The notes below the pieces were generated by a model. That model was not told the origin of the DNA, ran no database searches, and worked only from the letters and a program-made list of their open reading frames with translations. Positions 32,832 to 43,434 of a stretch of 45,044 nucleotides of DNA are shown here, piece by piece. Source of the stretch: Candidatus Methanovirga basalitermitum (lineage in GTDB: Archaea; Methanobacteriota; Methanobacteria; Methanobacteriales; Methanobacteriaceae). The translations under genes and the position numbers were made by a program. Every line of letters starts with the position of its first letter. The stretch's first letter is position 1. The stretch spans positions 1-45,044 of the forward strand of contig JAISZW010000091.1 of NCBI GenBank assembly GCA_031284445.1, written 5' to 3'.

Positions 32832-33137
32832 TTGAATTTTGAGGATTTAATCATTGAGAAACTGAATGACATTAAAGAAGATCAAAAAAACCTTCGTGAT
32901 GATTTTAAAGAGTTAAAACATGATTTAAACCATAGAATGGATAATTTAGAAGACAGTACTAAAGAGTTAAAGGATGATTTAAACCATAGAATTGGTCATG
33001 TTGAAGATGATTTAGCTAATATTAAAGATAATCATTTAACTCATATTCATAAGGATTTAAGTTTTGTTAAAGGTTGTTTGTATTTTGTGACCCCAGCTGT
33101 TGTTGGAATACTACTAAAAATCATATTTTGGGGATGA
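32832..33137 (+). CDS. XhlA-like tail-anchored coiled-coil protein; chromosomal paralog of the provirus gene 12020-12352
   Basis: A TTG start lies 7 nt after GAGGAGG. It shares E(D/E)L(I/V)IEKLNDIKEDQ, DLNH(R/K), IK(D/E)NHL and a C-terminal TM with the provirus copy. Confidence 0.5.
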   Translation: MNFEDLIIEKLNDIKEDQKNLRDDFKELKHDLNHRMDNLEDSTKELKDDLNHRIGHVEDDLANIKDNHLTHIHKDLSFVKGCLYFVTPAVVGILLKIIFWG

Positions 33138-33183
33138 AAAAATAATTCTTCCTTTTTTTAGCTATTTTCTACCACTACTCATT

Positions 33184-33795
33184 TTAAACAAGACGATCTG
33201 GATTTAAATATTCTTCTCTTAGAAATTTAACATCCAAAGAATCTCCTAACTTACTTTTCAAACCTTCAAAATTTTGATTATCATTTTTAATAGCTACTTG
33301 AAAATGAACACCTTCATCAAAATCTTTTTTTAAAACCTTAAGATCATTTCTTCTAATCTCATTTGTAACAAATTTCAAATTAGAATAATCAAAAGATAAT
33401 TCACAGATTTGATAGAGATATAAATTAACAGTATTAGAAATATCTATTGTTTCTTGGACAGATTTACTATATGCTCTTACTAAACCACCTGCACCTAATT
33501 TAATCCCTCCAAAATATCTACTTACAATAACTAAGACATTTTTCAGACCATTTTGCCTTAAAACATTTAACATAGGCTTTCCAGCTGTTCCACCAGGTTC
33601 ATCATCATCATCAAAACTCTCAGCTTCATTAACAATAAAGGCAGTACAATTATGAGTTGCATCATTATATCTTGTAGAAATGGTTTTAATAATCTCTTTA
33701 GCTTTTGTTCTACTTTTCACAGGAAACAATCTGCAAACAAATAAAGATTTCTTTACTTCAATTCTATTTTCTATGTTTTCAGCAATTGTTTTCAC
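33184..33795 (-). CDS. IMPACT/YigZ (UPF0029) family protein
   Basis: 'ATHNCTAFIV...DDDEPGGTAGKPML' and 'VIVSRYFGGIKLGAGGLVRAY' are the family hallmarks. Confidence 0.7.
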   Translation of the reverse strand: MKTIAENIENRIEVKKSLFVCRLFPVKSRTKAKEIIKTISTRYNDATHNCTAFIVNEAESFDDDDEPGGTAGKPMLNVLRQNGLKNVLVIVSRYFGGIKLGAGGLVRAYSKSVQETIDISNTVNLYLYQICELSFDYSNLKFVTNEIRRNDLKVLKKDFDEGVHFQVAIKNDNQNFEGLKSKLGDSLDVKFLREEYLNPDRLV

Positions 33796-33831
33796 GGCAA
33801 TCTTTTTATAATATTTTAACTATATACTACT

Positions 33832-34617
33832 TTAAGTTATTTCTACCTTAGCATTAGGATCAAATGGGTTAGTACGAATAGCTAAAGAGTACATATAAGG
33901 AAAATTATTTTTCAAATAGTACAAGTGGTTTAACCATTCATAGATTAAATTAAAGTAAACTCTATCTATATCACCAGTTAGATGTTGTAAATCAGCTTCA
34001 CCTATATTTTCAAGGGTACCTCTTTTCTCCAATTCTTCATCAAGATGAAAAATACCTAAAAGTAAATTTGATAAATTCTCCTTTTCTAGCAAAACAGGAT
34101 TTTCAATCATCCTAAGCAAAAAAGATCTCTTACTGATTAAAAACTCTTGTAAATTCCCTAAAAAAATATGTTTTTTCTCATTTGAAATTTTCAACTCAAA
34201 AGGATAATCACTTCTTCTGAGATTCTTCATGAAACCACGAAGCTCATTAGATTCTAAACATTCAAGACTATCAAGAAAATTAAGAAGTTCTTCTCTTTTT
34301 TGATTAATCTCAGAAAAATTCGAGAGCAAATGATTACCAATTTCTGAAAAAAATATATTCATTAACATTTCAAGCTTATCTAATACAGCCTCTTTTTCTT
34401 TACGATCAATAACACTTTCAATCACTAAAACAACAATTAAAATATCAATTGGAACAAATGCTAAATCAATAACCATGTAGAATATAACATGCTCAGGATC
34501 ATGAAACTGTATAAATGCTATTGAATAAAATATAATGGAGATAACAATCAATATAATAGCTAAACAAATTTTCCAGCCTTTTAAGTTCATATTAAACACT
34601 CCTCCTACAGTTGCCAT
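33832..34617 (-). CDS. Membrane protein, unknown function
   Basis: Two N-terminal TM helices are followed by a ~180-aa soluble helical domain. The true start is possibly the internal MNLKGWK. Confidence 0.5.
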   Translation of the reverse strand: MATVGGVFNMNLKGWKICLAIILIVISIIFYSIAFIQFHDPEHVIFYMVIDLAFVPIDILIVVLVIESVIDRKEKEAVLDKLEMLMNIFFSEIGNHLLSNFSEINQKREELLNFLDSLECLESNELRGFMKNLRRSDYPFELKISNEKKHIFLGNLQEFLISKRSFLLRMIENPVLLEKENLSNLLLGIFHLDEELEKRGTLENIGEADLQHLTGDIDRVYFNLIYEWLNHLYYLKNNFPYMYSLAIRTNPFDPNAKVEIT

Positions 34618-34643
34618 GGAAAATCAATATAAATTAGAAATGG

Positions 34644-35201
34644 CTATTTCTTATTATCCCATGGTCTTAATTGTTTATTTTCTATTTTTAAAATATTCAA
34701 TATCTTACCAACAATAAAATCCATCATATCATAAATGTCTTTTGGATTATTATAAAATCCAGGCATTGCAGGTAAAATCACTCCACCTTCCTCACTAATT
34801 TTTAACATGTTATGAATATGAACTGTTCTAAGTGGTGTTTCCCGTGGAACAACAATTAACATCCTTTTTTCTTTCAATGCGACATCAGCAACTCTTGTAA
34901 TTGAATTATTCCCATAACCATTTGCAATAGCAGATAACGTCTTCATAGAACAAGGAACGACAATTAAAGAATCAAATTTAAATGAACCACTATTTATAGA
35001 ACTTGTTAAATCACTAGATTCATAGTACATATCTGATAAATTCTTAATATCATCTAACTCTTCATCTAACTCATATCCTATTATAGTTTCCGCAGATTTA
35101 GTTATTAAAAGCCCAGTTTCAATTCCTATTTCTTTTAGAGCCCTCAACAATCTAACACCATAAGAAACCCCACTTGCTCCAGTAATAGCTATTACAATCA
35201 T
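34644..35201 (-). CDS. ubiX: Flavin prenyltransferase UbiX/Pad1 family
   Basis: 'IVIAITGASGVSYGVRLL', 'VVPCSMKTLSAIANGYGNNSITRVADVALKEKRMLIVVPRETPL' and 'LPAMPGFY' are present. Confidence 0.85.
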   Translation of the reverse strand: MIVIAITGASGVSYGVRLLRALKEIGIETGLLITKSAETIIGYELDEELDDIKNLSDMYYESSDLTSSINSGSFKFDSLIVVPCSMKTLSAIANGYGNNSITRVADVALKEKRMLIVVPRETPLRTVHIHNMLKISEEGGVILPAMPGFYNNPKDIYDMMDFIVGKILNILKIENKQLRPWDNKK

Positions 35202-35357
35202 ATATACTCCATTCTCCTAGTGGAATGAATTAAATTTACAAAAAATATTATGGTATATGAGATAAGTAATTTCAATGAATTGATGAGAAAATTTTTGTTT
35301 AAATGTTATTTCTTATTTTAAAAATTTTTCATTGTTGAAAATTTATTTTCAACTTAT

Positions 35358-35497
35358 AAAATCTTGATTATTAAAAATCGAAGACTTTTAATTTAGGAGA
35401 TATTTATTTCCCGATTGTTATAGGATATAACTTATGAAAACTTATTTTCCGTTCTCTTGAAGGTGTGGATGGAATAACTTAGGAAACGAAGTTTACA
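35358..35497. repeat. Interspersed ~140-nt intergenic element, copy 2
   Basis: It aligns along its length with 26960-27095. The hairpin at 35370-35392 has one mismatch. Confidence 0.8.
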
Positions 35498-35577
35498 TTT
35501 TTTCTGAAAGAAATTTAAGAGAATCTTGATTCGCCGTTTTTAAAAGTTTCTTCTAAATAGAAAAATAAAGTATTGAA

Positions 35578-36459
35578 TCACCAACCTCTATCTTGCATTC
35601 TTTCATTGTCACTAATTTCAGATATTTCAAGTCCCTTCATTGCTTCCCCTAAGCCTTTAGAAACTTGAGCTAAAATGTTTGGTTTATCATAATTCGCTGT
35701 TGCTTCAACTATCGCTTTTGCAAACTCAACAGGATTATTTGACTTAAATATGCCTGAACCAACGAATATTCCATCAGAACCAAGTTGCATCATTAAAGAT
35801 GCATCTGCTGGAGTTGCGATTCCACCAGCAGCAAAATTAACGACAGGTAGTTTACCAACTTCAGCCGTTTTTTTAACAAGTAGATATGGTGCTTCTATGA
35901 ATCCTGCAAAGTTTCTAAGTTCTTCTTCATTTTTTCCTTTAATTTCACGAATTTCACTCATAACTCTTCTCATATGACGAACTGCCTCAACAATATTTCC
36001 AGTTCCAGGTTCACCTTTAGTTCTAATCATAGTGGCACCTTCATCAATTCTACGTAAAGCTTCCCCTAAATCTCTTGCACCACAGACGAAAGGTATGGTA
36101 AATTCTTTTTTATTAATGTGATATTCTTCATCGGCAGGTGTAAGTACTTCACTTTCATCAATCATATCTACCCCTAATGTTTCTAAAATTTGTGCTTCAG
36201 CAACATGTCCAATTCTTGACTTTGCCATAACAGGTATTGAAACAGCATCAAGAATTTCTTGAACTTTATTAGGATCAGCCATACGAGCAACTCCACCTGA
36301 GGCTCTAATATCAGCGGGTACTTTTTCTAATGCCATTACAGCCACAGCACCAGCATCTTCAGCTATTATAGCTTGTTCAGCATTAACAACATCCATAACA
36401 ACTCCACCTTTTGTCATTTTTGCAAATCCTTCTTTTAAAACATCAGTCCCTTTAACCAT
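35578..36459 (-). CDS. pdxS: Pyridoxal 5'-phosphate synthase lyase subunit PdxS
   Basis: It is near-canonical throughout (GGVVMDV..AEQA.IAE.AGA.AVMALE..PADIR...GVARM...). Confidence 0.9.
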   Translation of the reverse strand: MVKGTDVLKEGFAKMTKGGVVMDVVNAEQAIIAEDAGAVAVMALEKVPADIRASGGVARMADPNKVQEILDAVSIPVMAKSRIGHVAEAQILETLGVDMIDESEVLTPADEEYHINKKEFTIPFVCGARDLGEALRRIDEGATMIRTKGEPGTGNIVEAVRHMRRVMSEIREIKGKNEEELRNFAGFIEAPYLLVKKTAEVGKLPVVNFAAGGIATPADASLMMQLGSDGIFVGSGIFKSNNPVEFAKAIVEATANYDKPNILAQVSKGLGEAMKGLEISEISDNERMQDRGW

Positions 36460-36560
36460 GTTAATTCCTCCATATTAAATTATAATAATAAACATTATTT
36501 ACAAAGCAATTAGATATTATATCTTACTCTTGATAATATATAATATTATACATTAGTAGA

Positions 36561-36657
36561 GGATGTAAATTTTTGTGGAGTTTTTCTAAAATTTTCAAGT
36601 TTATTTATAAATAAAAGTCAATTTTTCCAAATAACTCCACACTTTTTTACACCCTCC
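36561..36657. repeat. Imperfect inverted repeat built from TGTAAA-n4-TGTGGAGTT blocks
   Basis: The left arm is 36561-36582 and the right arm 36633-36657. A third, direct copy lies at 44919-44942. Confidence 0.65.
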
Positions 36658-36709
36658 ATTAGTAACTATTCTAAATATAACTATTGTTATAATAATACAA
36701 AACTTTTAT

Positions 36710-38176
36710 ATGTTAGTTTACGAAGATGCTATATTCATGTCAAAACTATTTAGAAGGAAAATATTCACAGAAAACTATTCCTTTAGTAAATTTTCTAAAG
36801 AACTCTCCACTTTTAGCTTAATTATAGCAGGTTTAGGAGCCATATTGGGGACTGGAATTTTTGTTCTTCCAGGTGTTGTTGCCGCCCGTTATACTGGACC
36901 TGCTTTAACAATTTCTTTTATTTCAGCTGGATTCTCTGCTTTTTGTGTTGCTCTTTCTTACTCAGAACTTGCTTCAATATATCCTAAATCAGAAGGGGGT
37001 GCTTATGCATATACCTATTTCACTTTAGGTGAAATTGTAGCATGGATTACTGGTTGGGCTTTAATTTTAGAATACTTTGTTGTAGTAGCAATAATTTCTG
37101 TTTCATGGTCTGGATACTTCGCAAATTTCATAGGTTATATTGGAATAAATTTACCTGATGCTATAATGTCACCACCAATCATCTTCACTTCTTCAAATCA
37201 ACTTGCATTTTCTGGTAGCCTGATTAATCTACCTTCTATTTTCATTTTTGGTATTGTTTCCATTATTATTTTTAGAGGTATTAGATGGGCAAATTTTGTG
37301 AATACATTTGTGGTTATTTTAAAACTATTGGTTATCTTTTTATTTATTTGTTTTGGATTATCGCATATTGATCTTTCTAACTATATCCCTTATATTCCTT
37401 CCAATACTGGAGTTTACGGTCAATTTGGATTATCTGGTATTTTAAGAGGTATGGCTACAGCATTCCCTGCTTTCATAGGTTTTGATGTTTTAACTACTTT
37501 GACTCAAGAATGTAAGAATCCTCAGAAGGCTGTTCCTCGAGGAATTACTCTATCTTTACTATCAGCTGTAGTTCTCTACATTTCAGTATCCATTGTTCTA
37601 ACAGGAATTGTTAATTATACTACTTTAGATGTTCCACAACCATTGAGTTATGCTGTTAATCAAATATCATCTCTAAGATGGCTAATTCCAATACTTGATC
37701 TTGGAGCTATTTTAGGTTTAGTCTCTGGAATCATAGTTTATAGTCTTGGACTTACTCGTACTTTTTATTCTATCTCTAATGATGGGATGTTACCAAAAAA
37801 CCTCTGCTCTATTCATCCAAAATTCAAAACACCTTACAAAGCAACTATTATTTTAGCTGTTATGGGCATGGTGGTTGTAGGTTTGTTTCCTATTGGTTTT
37901 CTTGCGAATCTCATTTCAATTGGAGCTTTAACGGTATTTATAATAATATGCTGTGCTGTTATTGTTTTTAGAAAAAGACAACCAGATATAAAGCGACTTT
38001 TTAAAGCACCTTTGGTTCCATTCTTACCAATACTTGGAATCATAACCTGTGCAGTACAAATGCTATCTCTACCTTTTTTGATATGGATGATTTTCATTGC
38101 CTGGATGGGATTTGGTTTGTTGATATACTTCATATACTCAAGAGAAAAAAGCCTTTTAAACATAAAATTGCCTTGA
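36710..38176 (+). CDS. APC-superfamily amino acid permease
   Basis: A 488-aa protein with ~12-13 TM segments. 'LGAILGTGIFVLPG' is the typical TM1 motif. Confidence 0.8.
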   Translation: MLVYEDAIFMSKLFRRKIFTENYSFSKFSKELSTFSLIIAGLGAILGTGIFVLPGVVAARYTGPALTISFISAGFSAFCVALSYSELASIYPKSEGGAYAYTYFTLGEIVAWITGWALILEYFVVVAIISVSWSGYFANFIGYIGINLPDAIMSPPIIFTSSNQLAFSGSLINLPSIFIFGIVSIIIFRGIRWANFVNTFVVILKLLVIFLFICFGLSHIDLSNYIPYIPSNTGVYGQFGLSGILRGMATAFPAFIGFDVLTTLTQECKNPQKAVPRGITLSLLSAVVLYISVSIVLTGIVNYTTLDVPQPLSYAVNQISSLRWLIPILDLGAILGLVSGIIVYSLGLTRTFYSISNDGMLPKNLCSIHPKFKTPYKATIILAVMGMVVVGLFPIGFLANLISIGALTVFIIICCAVIVFRKRQPDIKRLFKAPLVPFLPILGIITCAVQMLSLPFLIWMIFIAWMGFGLLIYFIYSREKSLLNIKLP

Positions 38177-38487
38177 AAAGATAATTTAAAGTTAAATATA
38201 CATCTTTTTAACTTCTTCTAACAGTAAAAACATAAATTTACTAAATTTGACACCATTGATGAAATATAGAAAACTATATTATACCCTATGAAAACAAAAT
38301 ATATAGATACAAAGGAAATATTAGAAAAATAAGTTGATAAATCTCAAGAATTTAGACTCTATTCAAACAAAATAGATAAGAAAGCTTTTTTTAATAATAT
38401 TCAATACTTATAAATTTATTTTTAATAAAAATGAAGGCATATTGATATTAGATTACTTTTTAACTTAAAATTCAGGTTCAAGGAAAA

Positions 38488-39261
38488 GTGAAATCAATGG
38501 ATTTTTTAACATCGATTATATACATAGTTATTTTTATTATAACAATGGTTTTTATTTTCTCTGCAGGGCTATTAACTCCAATGATTGGTAAAAAAAACAT
38601 TGCCATTGTTGGAGTTGCAGGGTTTATAATTGGAATTATTGGAGGAGGCTTCCTTATAATTCCAATATATCAAGATTTACCCTATCTTATTGGAGATATT
38701 CATTCGGTTATAGATCCAAATCATGAAGTTTTAAAGGTATCAGTTTCATCTAAAAGTAACTTAAATCAATCGATTGAAGCAATTAAAAAGATGAAAGGAT
38801 TCAAATCTTTAAAAGAAACAGGTTTTAAAATACTCACCACATCTTTTTCAGCAGATAGAAAGAAGTTCATTGAGAATCATCTATCACAACAATATATGTC
38901 TTATGAAGTCAATCCTTCTGGGGTGGTAAAAGTTTTCACAAACAAAGGCTTTGAGTTAAATGAAGTTAATAATTTTTCCCAATGGTTACATTATACTGGA
39001 GCAATTACAACCTTATCTTCTTTCATATATTTTGATGTTGATGTTAATGCATTTAATGTTGTTGAAAATATTAACAACTTCAATAAAGGGGATATTATTA
39101 TTGAATCAGCTACAGGACCTGTTCAAGACACTATTAACTTTGTTAAAAGTAAATCTGATGATAAATATGTTTTATTGGTTACAGGTATAATAGGCTTATT
39201 CATTGCTATGCTTGGTTCATTTTGGGATACTGTTCATGGATTTATAAAAAGCAATAATTAG
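38488..39261 (+). CDS. Membrane protein, unknown function
   Basis: N-terminal TM helices, a soluble middle and a C-terminal TM. The start is GTG or the ATG at 38497. Confidence 0.5.
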   Translation: MKSMDFLTSIIYIVIFIITMVFIFSAGLLTPMIGKKNIAIVGVAGFIIGIIGGGFLIIPIYQDLPYLIGDIHSVIDPNHEVLKVSVSSKSNLNQSIEAIKKMKGFKSLKETGFKILTTSFSADRKKFIENHLSQQYMSYEVNPSGVVKVFTNKGFELNEVNNFSQWLHYTGAITTLSSFIYFDVDVNAFNVVENINNFNKGDIIIESATGPVQDTINFVKSKSDDKYVLLVTGIIGLFIAMLGSFWDTVHGFIKSNN

Positions 39262-39299
39262 AGGAAGAAGACTATAAATTATAAGGCAGGAAAATCTAA

Positions 39300-39983
39300 A
39301 TGAACTCAACAATACTTTCTTCAGGTGGTAAAGATAGTACTATGGCTATTTACTCTTCGATTTTAAATGGAGATAATGTTAAATATCTGTTTTCAATGAA
39401 GTCATTAAATGATGAATCCTACATGTTCCATGTCCCTAATATAGATTTAAGTAGTTTAATAGCTAAAGCATTAGATATTCCCATATTAACAGCTACAACA
39501 ACTGGAAAAAAAGAAGAGGAATTAAATGATTTGGAGAAAGGATTAATTGAGCTTAAAAACAGAGGTGTGGATTCTGTTTATAGTGGAGCTCTTTTTTCAA
39601 CTTATCAAAAAACGAGAATTGATAGGATCTGTGAAAAAATAGGCTTAAAATCCATTGCTCCATTATGGAATATAGATCCTGAAGAATACATGAGAAACAT
39701 CATTGATTTAGGATTTAAAGTTATTATTACTGGAGTTTCTGCAGAAGGACTTGGGCGGTCATGGTTAGGAAGAGAAATTACTCATGATACAGTTAATGAG
39801 TTAATATCTATTAAAAAAAATGTATGTGATATTAATCTATGTTTTGAAGGTGGAGAAGCAGAAACTTTAGTTCTTGATGGACCAATTTTCAAGAAAAGAA
39901 TAAAAATTATTGAAGCTGAAACAATATGGAAAAATGATAATGGTGTTTACCATGTTAAAAAAGCGATTTTAGAAGATAAATAG
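39300..39983 (+). CDS. PP-loop ATP pyrophosphatase, diphthine-ammonia ligase-like (MJ0570 family)
   Basis: It has the N-terminal SGGKDS PP-loop and a 'CFEGGEAETLVLDGPIF' C-terminal motif. Confidence 0.7.
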   Translation: MNSTILSSGGKDSTMAIYSSILNGDNVKYLFSMKSLNDESYMFHVPNIDLSSLIAKALDIPILTATTTGKKEEELNDLEKGLIELKNRGVDSVYSGALFSTYQKTRIDRICEKIGLKSIAPLWNIDPEEYMRNIIDLGFKVIITGVSAEGLGRSWLGREITHDTVNELISIKKNVCDINLCFEGGEAETLVLDGPIFKKRIKIIEAETIWKNDNGVYHVKKAILEDK

Positions 39984-41056
39984 GGTCTGTAGTAATCGAC
40001 CAAAGTTTTAAAAATAATACTTGCATCAAAACTCATCAAATTATAAAAATCCAATTTGAAAGGTTTCATAAGTGTTAGGAATTATGATGATATGTTATAA
40101 AAGTTGAGTAAAGTACTATAATAGTGAAAATATACAGCAAGTGAAGATGGAAAATGAGATAAAAGAATTACATAATCATTATTTTGGATTTATAAAAATA
40201 GACTACAGACAAATGAACTATACAAGATAAGTCATACAAACACCTGCTAATATATCATGACTCTAAAAATAGACTTATCTAAAGAATACATTAGCTATTT
40301 GAGTTAACAGAAATCCTCTATTAAATTTGGATGGTGACCCTTTAACTACTGGTGTTTTTGTGTGTATGGAATGGGAATGTTAATAGTTATTTTAAAGACC
40401 ATAATTGATCAGTTCCTTACAGACATCATTGGTGTCACTTTATCATATTTTCTCCAGACCTTGCTTTTCACGATTAAAATTAAGTTTTTTAAGAAGATGT
40501 GGTAAGTGAGATTATGTGTCACTATTTGGGAAGTTAGATGATACTGTAACCATTCGCCTTCATTTAGAGAAAGATATTGTTTGCCTTGTTTTTTCTTGTC
40601 TTAAGTTTAAGTTTTCTCGCTCGTTATGAGCTGAAGATTTGAGAACTGTTAATGTCATATGGATTTCCATATTATTATCTTTTTTGAAATATTGGCTAAT
40701 TTTTGACCTAATCTTTCTTTTATTACTATGCACATATTTTAATTCTTTCATTGGGTAATTGAGATGTGTTTTAGGTCTTCTTCTTTGCTTGTTTTAGGAA
40801 ACTCAACAGTATAAATATGTATCTAATCAAATAAATGACTTTTGTAAATACATTCTAAATCGTTGGCAAATAAAGGCAAATTTATTATCTGGGTTCTACT
40901 GTATGTTTGCTTTACAAATTTCAGATTTCTAAGTCATATTTTCCCTTAAAAATTCCATATTTTTTGATATTATGGAAATTACAGAAAATTTGAATATATT
41001 TTTCTCCAATTAGCTTTATTCGGTGATTTTTTTTTATTTTAAAAAATAAATTTTTT

Positions 41057-41092
41057 AAAATTAAGAACATTAATAAAATTAAGAACATTAAT
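41057..41092. repeat. Exact 18-bp tandem duplication (AAAATTAAGAACATTAAT x2)
   Basis: Read directly, ~145 nt upstream of the pilin-like genes. Confidence 0.9.
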
Positions 41093-41236
41093 GATTAAAA
41101 TTTATTTAAAAAATTAAAAACTTTTCAATAATTACTATAAACTATTCAATGAAAATAATATTTTTAAAGAAATAGTTAATATTATATACTACTTAACAAC
41201 ATAATTAGTAATATAAAACTAAAGGAGGTAAAAAAA

Positions 41237-41443
41237 ATGATGGAAAACCTTAATTTTAGCATCCAAAAATTGGAGAAAGATGAAAAAGGTCAAGGTGCCG
41301 CAGAATACATTCTGCTTTTTGGTGGGGTAATCATAATAGCTATTGTTGCATTAATCATCTATAAATCATATTTTGGTAATGGAACTACAGATTTAAATGC
41401 TAGTAAAGATGTTAATGAAGTTAGGAATATGATAAAATCATGA
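41237..41443 (+). CDS. Class III signal peptide (type IV pilin-like, DUF361-type) protein
   Basis: AGGAGG SD is present. '[24 protein letters not shown]' shows a prepilin-type G/Q cleavage motif followed by a hydrophobic helix. Confidence 0.6.
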   Translation: MMENLNFSIQKLEKDEKGQGAAEYILLFGGVIIIAIVALIIYKSYFGNGTTDLNASKDVNEVRNMIKS

Positions 41444-41461
41444 AAATATGATGAAGATAAA

Positions 41462-41653
41462 ATGAGAAAGGAATTTAATATTTTAAATGAAGAATCAGGA
41501 CAATCAAGTGCTGAACTAATGCTTTTAGTAGGAACTATTATTGTTATAGTTCTTTTAGTAGGAGTTTATGTTACCAATATTTTACATTCAATAGATAATG
41601 GATTAAAAAACCTTGTTGAAAATGGGCGAGACTCACTAATAAATAGATTATAA
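41462..41653 (+). CDS. Class III signal peptide (type IV pilin-like) protein
   Basis: 'EESGQSSAELMLLVGTIIVIVLLVG' is present. It is a tandem paralog of the previous gene. Confidence 0.6.
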   Translation: MRKEFNILNEESGQSSAELMLLVGTIIVIVLLVGVYVTNILHSIDNGLKNLVENGRDSLINRL

Positions 41654-41787
41654 CGATCATTATCATATGCAATCTATGAGATAGATATTTAATGTATCTT
41701 TCCAAGCTAAGAACAAGAATACAGCTAAAGATTTCTATAGTTAGTAGATTAAGAATCCCCACCCTATATTATGGTGAAGAGGTTTAA

Positions 41788-42252
41788 TCACTTGATTATA
41801 CGACCTTTAATATCTATTTCTCCTTTACGAATACGAGTGGATGAAATTGGAATACCATCATCAGCTACAACATAACTTATAACAAAAATCGCTAATTGAT
41901 CCATATTTTTTTGTTCACGTATTTCATTAATTTTAACGGCTGTTGGTTCAGTTTCTTCACTAACGACAATAGCATCAAAATCTTCATCAAAAATCGTTGA
42001 ACCAAAAGAGTCATCTAATTTGAAAATAGAGAAGTTAACATTATTACATTTACTTAAAAATTCATTTAAATTAAACATTCTAATAGAACATGGTTCTACA
42101 TTACCTTTAACTTGTGCAAACTCTGTAGAAGTAACACCAATAACAACATTATTGCCTATTTCAAAAGCAGTTTCTAAAAGTTTCCTATGACCATGATGGA
42201 ATCTATCAAATGTTCCTCCAACAGCCACTTTATAATATTTTTTTTCAAACAT
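41788..42252 (-). CDS. coaD: Archaeal-type phosphopantetheine adenylyltransferase (cytidylyltransferase fold)
   Basis: It has 'VAVGGTFDRFHHGHRKLL' (HxGH) and a C-terminal 'ISSTRIR'. Confidence 0.7.
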   Translation of the reverse strand: MFEKKYYKVAVGGTFDRFHHGHRKLLETAFEIGNNVVIGVTSTEFAQVKGNVEPCSIRMFNLNEFLSKCNNVNFSIFKLDDSFGSTIFDEDFDAIVVSEETEPTAVKINEIREQKNMDQLAIFVISYVVADDGIPISSTRIRKGEIDIKGRIIK

Positions 42253-42361
42253 TTTAAATCAGTTATGCTGTAAATTAAAATGATTTGTTCATCATTTTGG
42301 GTTTAATTATATTTTTCAGCATTGTTATTTTACCTCTCTTCAGCTTTTTTTATTTATAAAT

Positions 42362-42928
42362 TCAATATTTTCTACATATGTCATGAAAATTTTCAAATAT
42401 CTTTTCTCCATTTTGAGTGTGATGTACCTCTGGATGAAACTGAATACCATATAATGGTCTGTTTTTGTGTTTAATAGTCTCAAACCTACAGATTTTTGAG
42501 CTTGCTAAAACCTTGAAATCATCTGAAATAGATGTTATTTCGTCTTTATGAGATGCCCAAACATCCATTTCACTTCCAATTCCTCTGAAAATATCATCTT
42601 CTTCAAGAATATCTATTTTAATCTTAGCATAACTTTCAGATTCTGCTGATGCAATACTTCCACCAAAAACTTTTCCTATTAACTGATGACCTAAGCATAT
42701 CCCTAAAATTGGAATATTGATCTCTCTAATGTACTTATCACTATTTCCAGATTCTTTGATAGAAGGTCCTCCACCCAATATTAATCCAATAGGTTTTTTA
42801 CTTAATATTTCATCCACAGAATACTTGTTTGAAACCAATTCAGATGAAATATTTAAATATTTTAAGTTTCTATTAATTCTATGATTGTACTGTCCTTTAT
42901 TGTTGATTACTAAAATTGTCATAGTCAT
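42362..42928 (-). CDS. guaA: GMP synthase (glutamine-hydrolysing) subunit A, class I amidotransferase
   Basis: It has '[12 protein letters not shown]' (nucleophile Cys) and 'YGIQFHPEV'. The 188-aa stand-alone GATase is typical of archaea. Confidence 0.8.
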   Translation of the reverse strand: MTMTILVINNKGQYNHRINRNLKYLNISSELVSNKYSVDEILSKKPIGLILGGGPSIKESGNSDKYIREINIPILGICLGHQLIGKVFGGSIASAESESYAKIKIDILEEDDIFRGIGSEMDVWASHKDEITSISDDFKVLASSKICRFETIKHKNRPLYGIQFHPEVHHTQNGEKIFENFHDICRKY

Positions 42929-43125
42929 TCCTAATTTTATTTCATCTTTAATTGATTTTTATCTATTAATTTAATCAAATCTTTTCATAGATTATAAATC
43001 AACTATATCTTTATTTTATAGACTCTCTTATTTTTTTTAAAAATAAAATCATATATGAGTACAAATATCTTATAAATTAAAAAATTGGATAAAGTTTATA
43101 TATAAAATAATATAAATGTATATTT

Positions 43126-43269
43126 ATGGAATTTAAAGATTTAATATACATTATAGTAGCTATTCTTATAGCAGTTATACTAATCAAGTTTATTGTTTGG
43201 ATTATACCTGTTATAGCAGTCATCATAATAGCATTTGTTATCTACAAATACTTAAAAGAAAGACATTAG
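43126..43269 (+). CDS. 47-aa two-TM micro-protein (candidate)
   Basis: The sequence is MEFKDLIYIIVAILIAVILIKFIVWIIPVIAVIIIAFVIYKYLKERH. No clear SD. Confidence 0.25.
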   Translation: MEFKDLIYIIVAILIAVILIKFIVWIIPVIAVIIIAFVIYKYLKERH

Positions 43270-43434
43270 AATAGATATTTTAATATTAGACATTTTAATA
43301 GAGAACTCACTTTTCATAAGGATAATGGATATTTCACTTACTAATATTTGTATTAGTGCCATTATACTTACTTTTTTGTTATAAAATAGGATATTTACTT
43401 TTCTTTATATATTTATATAATAAATCATCATATA

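Noticed and set aside
40560-40751. A 63-aa basic minus-strand ORF as a real gene (transposase N-terminus?).
   Set aside because: There is no SD, and the coding-like signal continues in another frame past its stop. I cannot match it to a family by eye. It is kept only as a possible relic (see finding).
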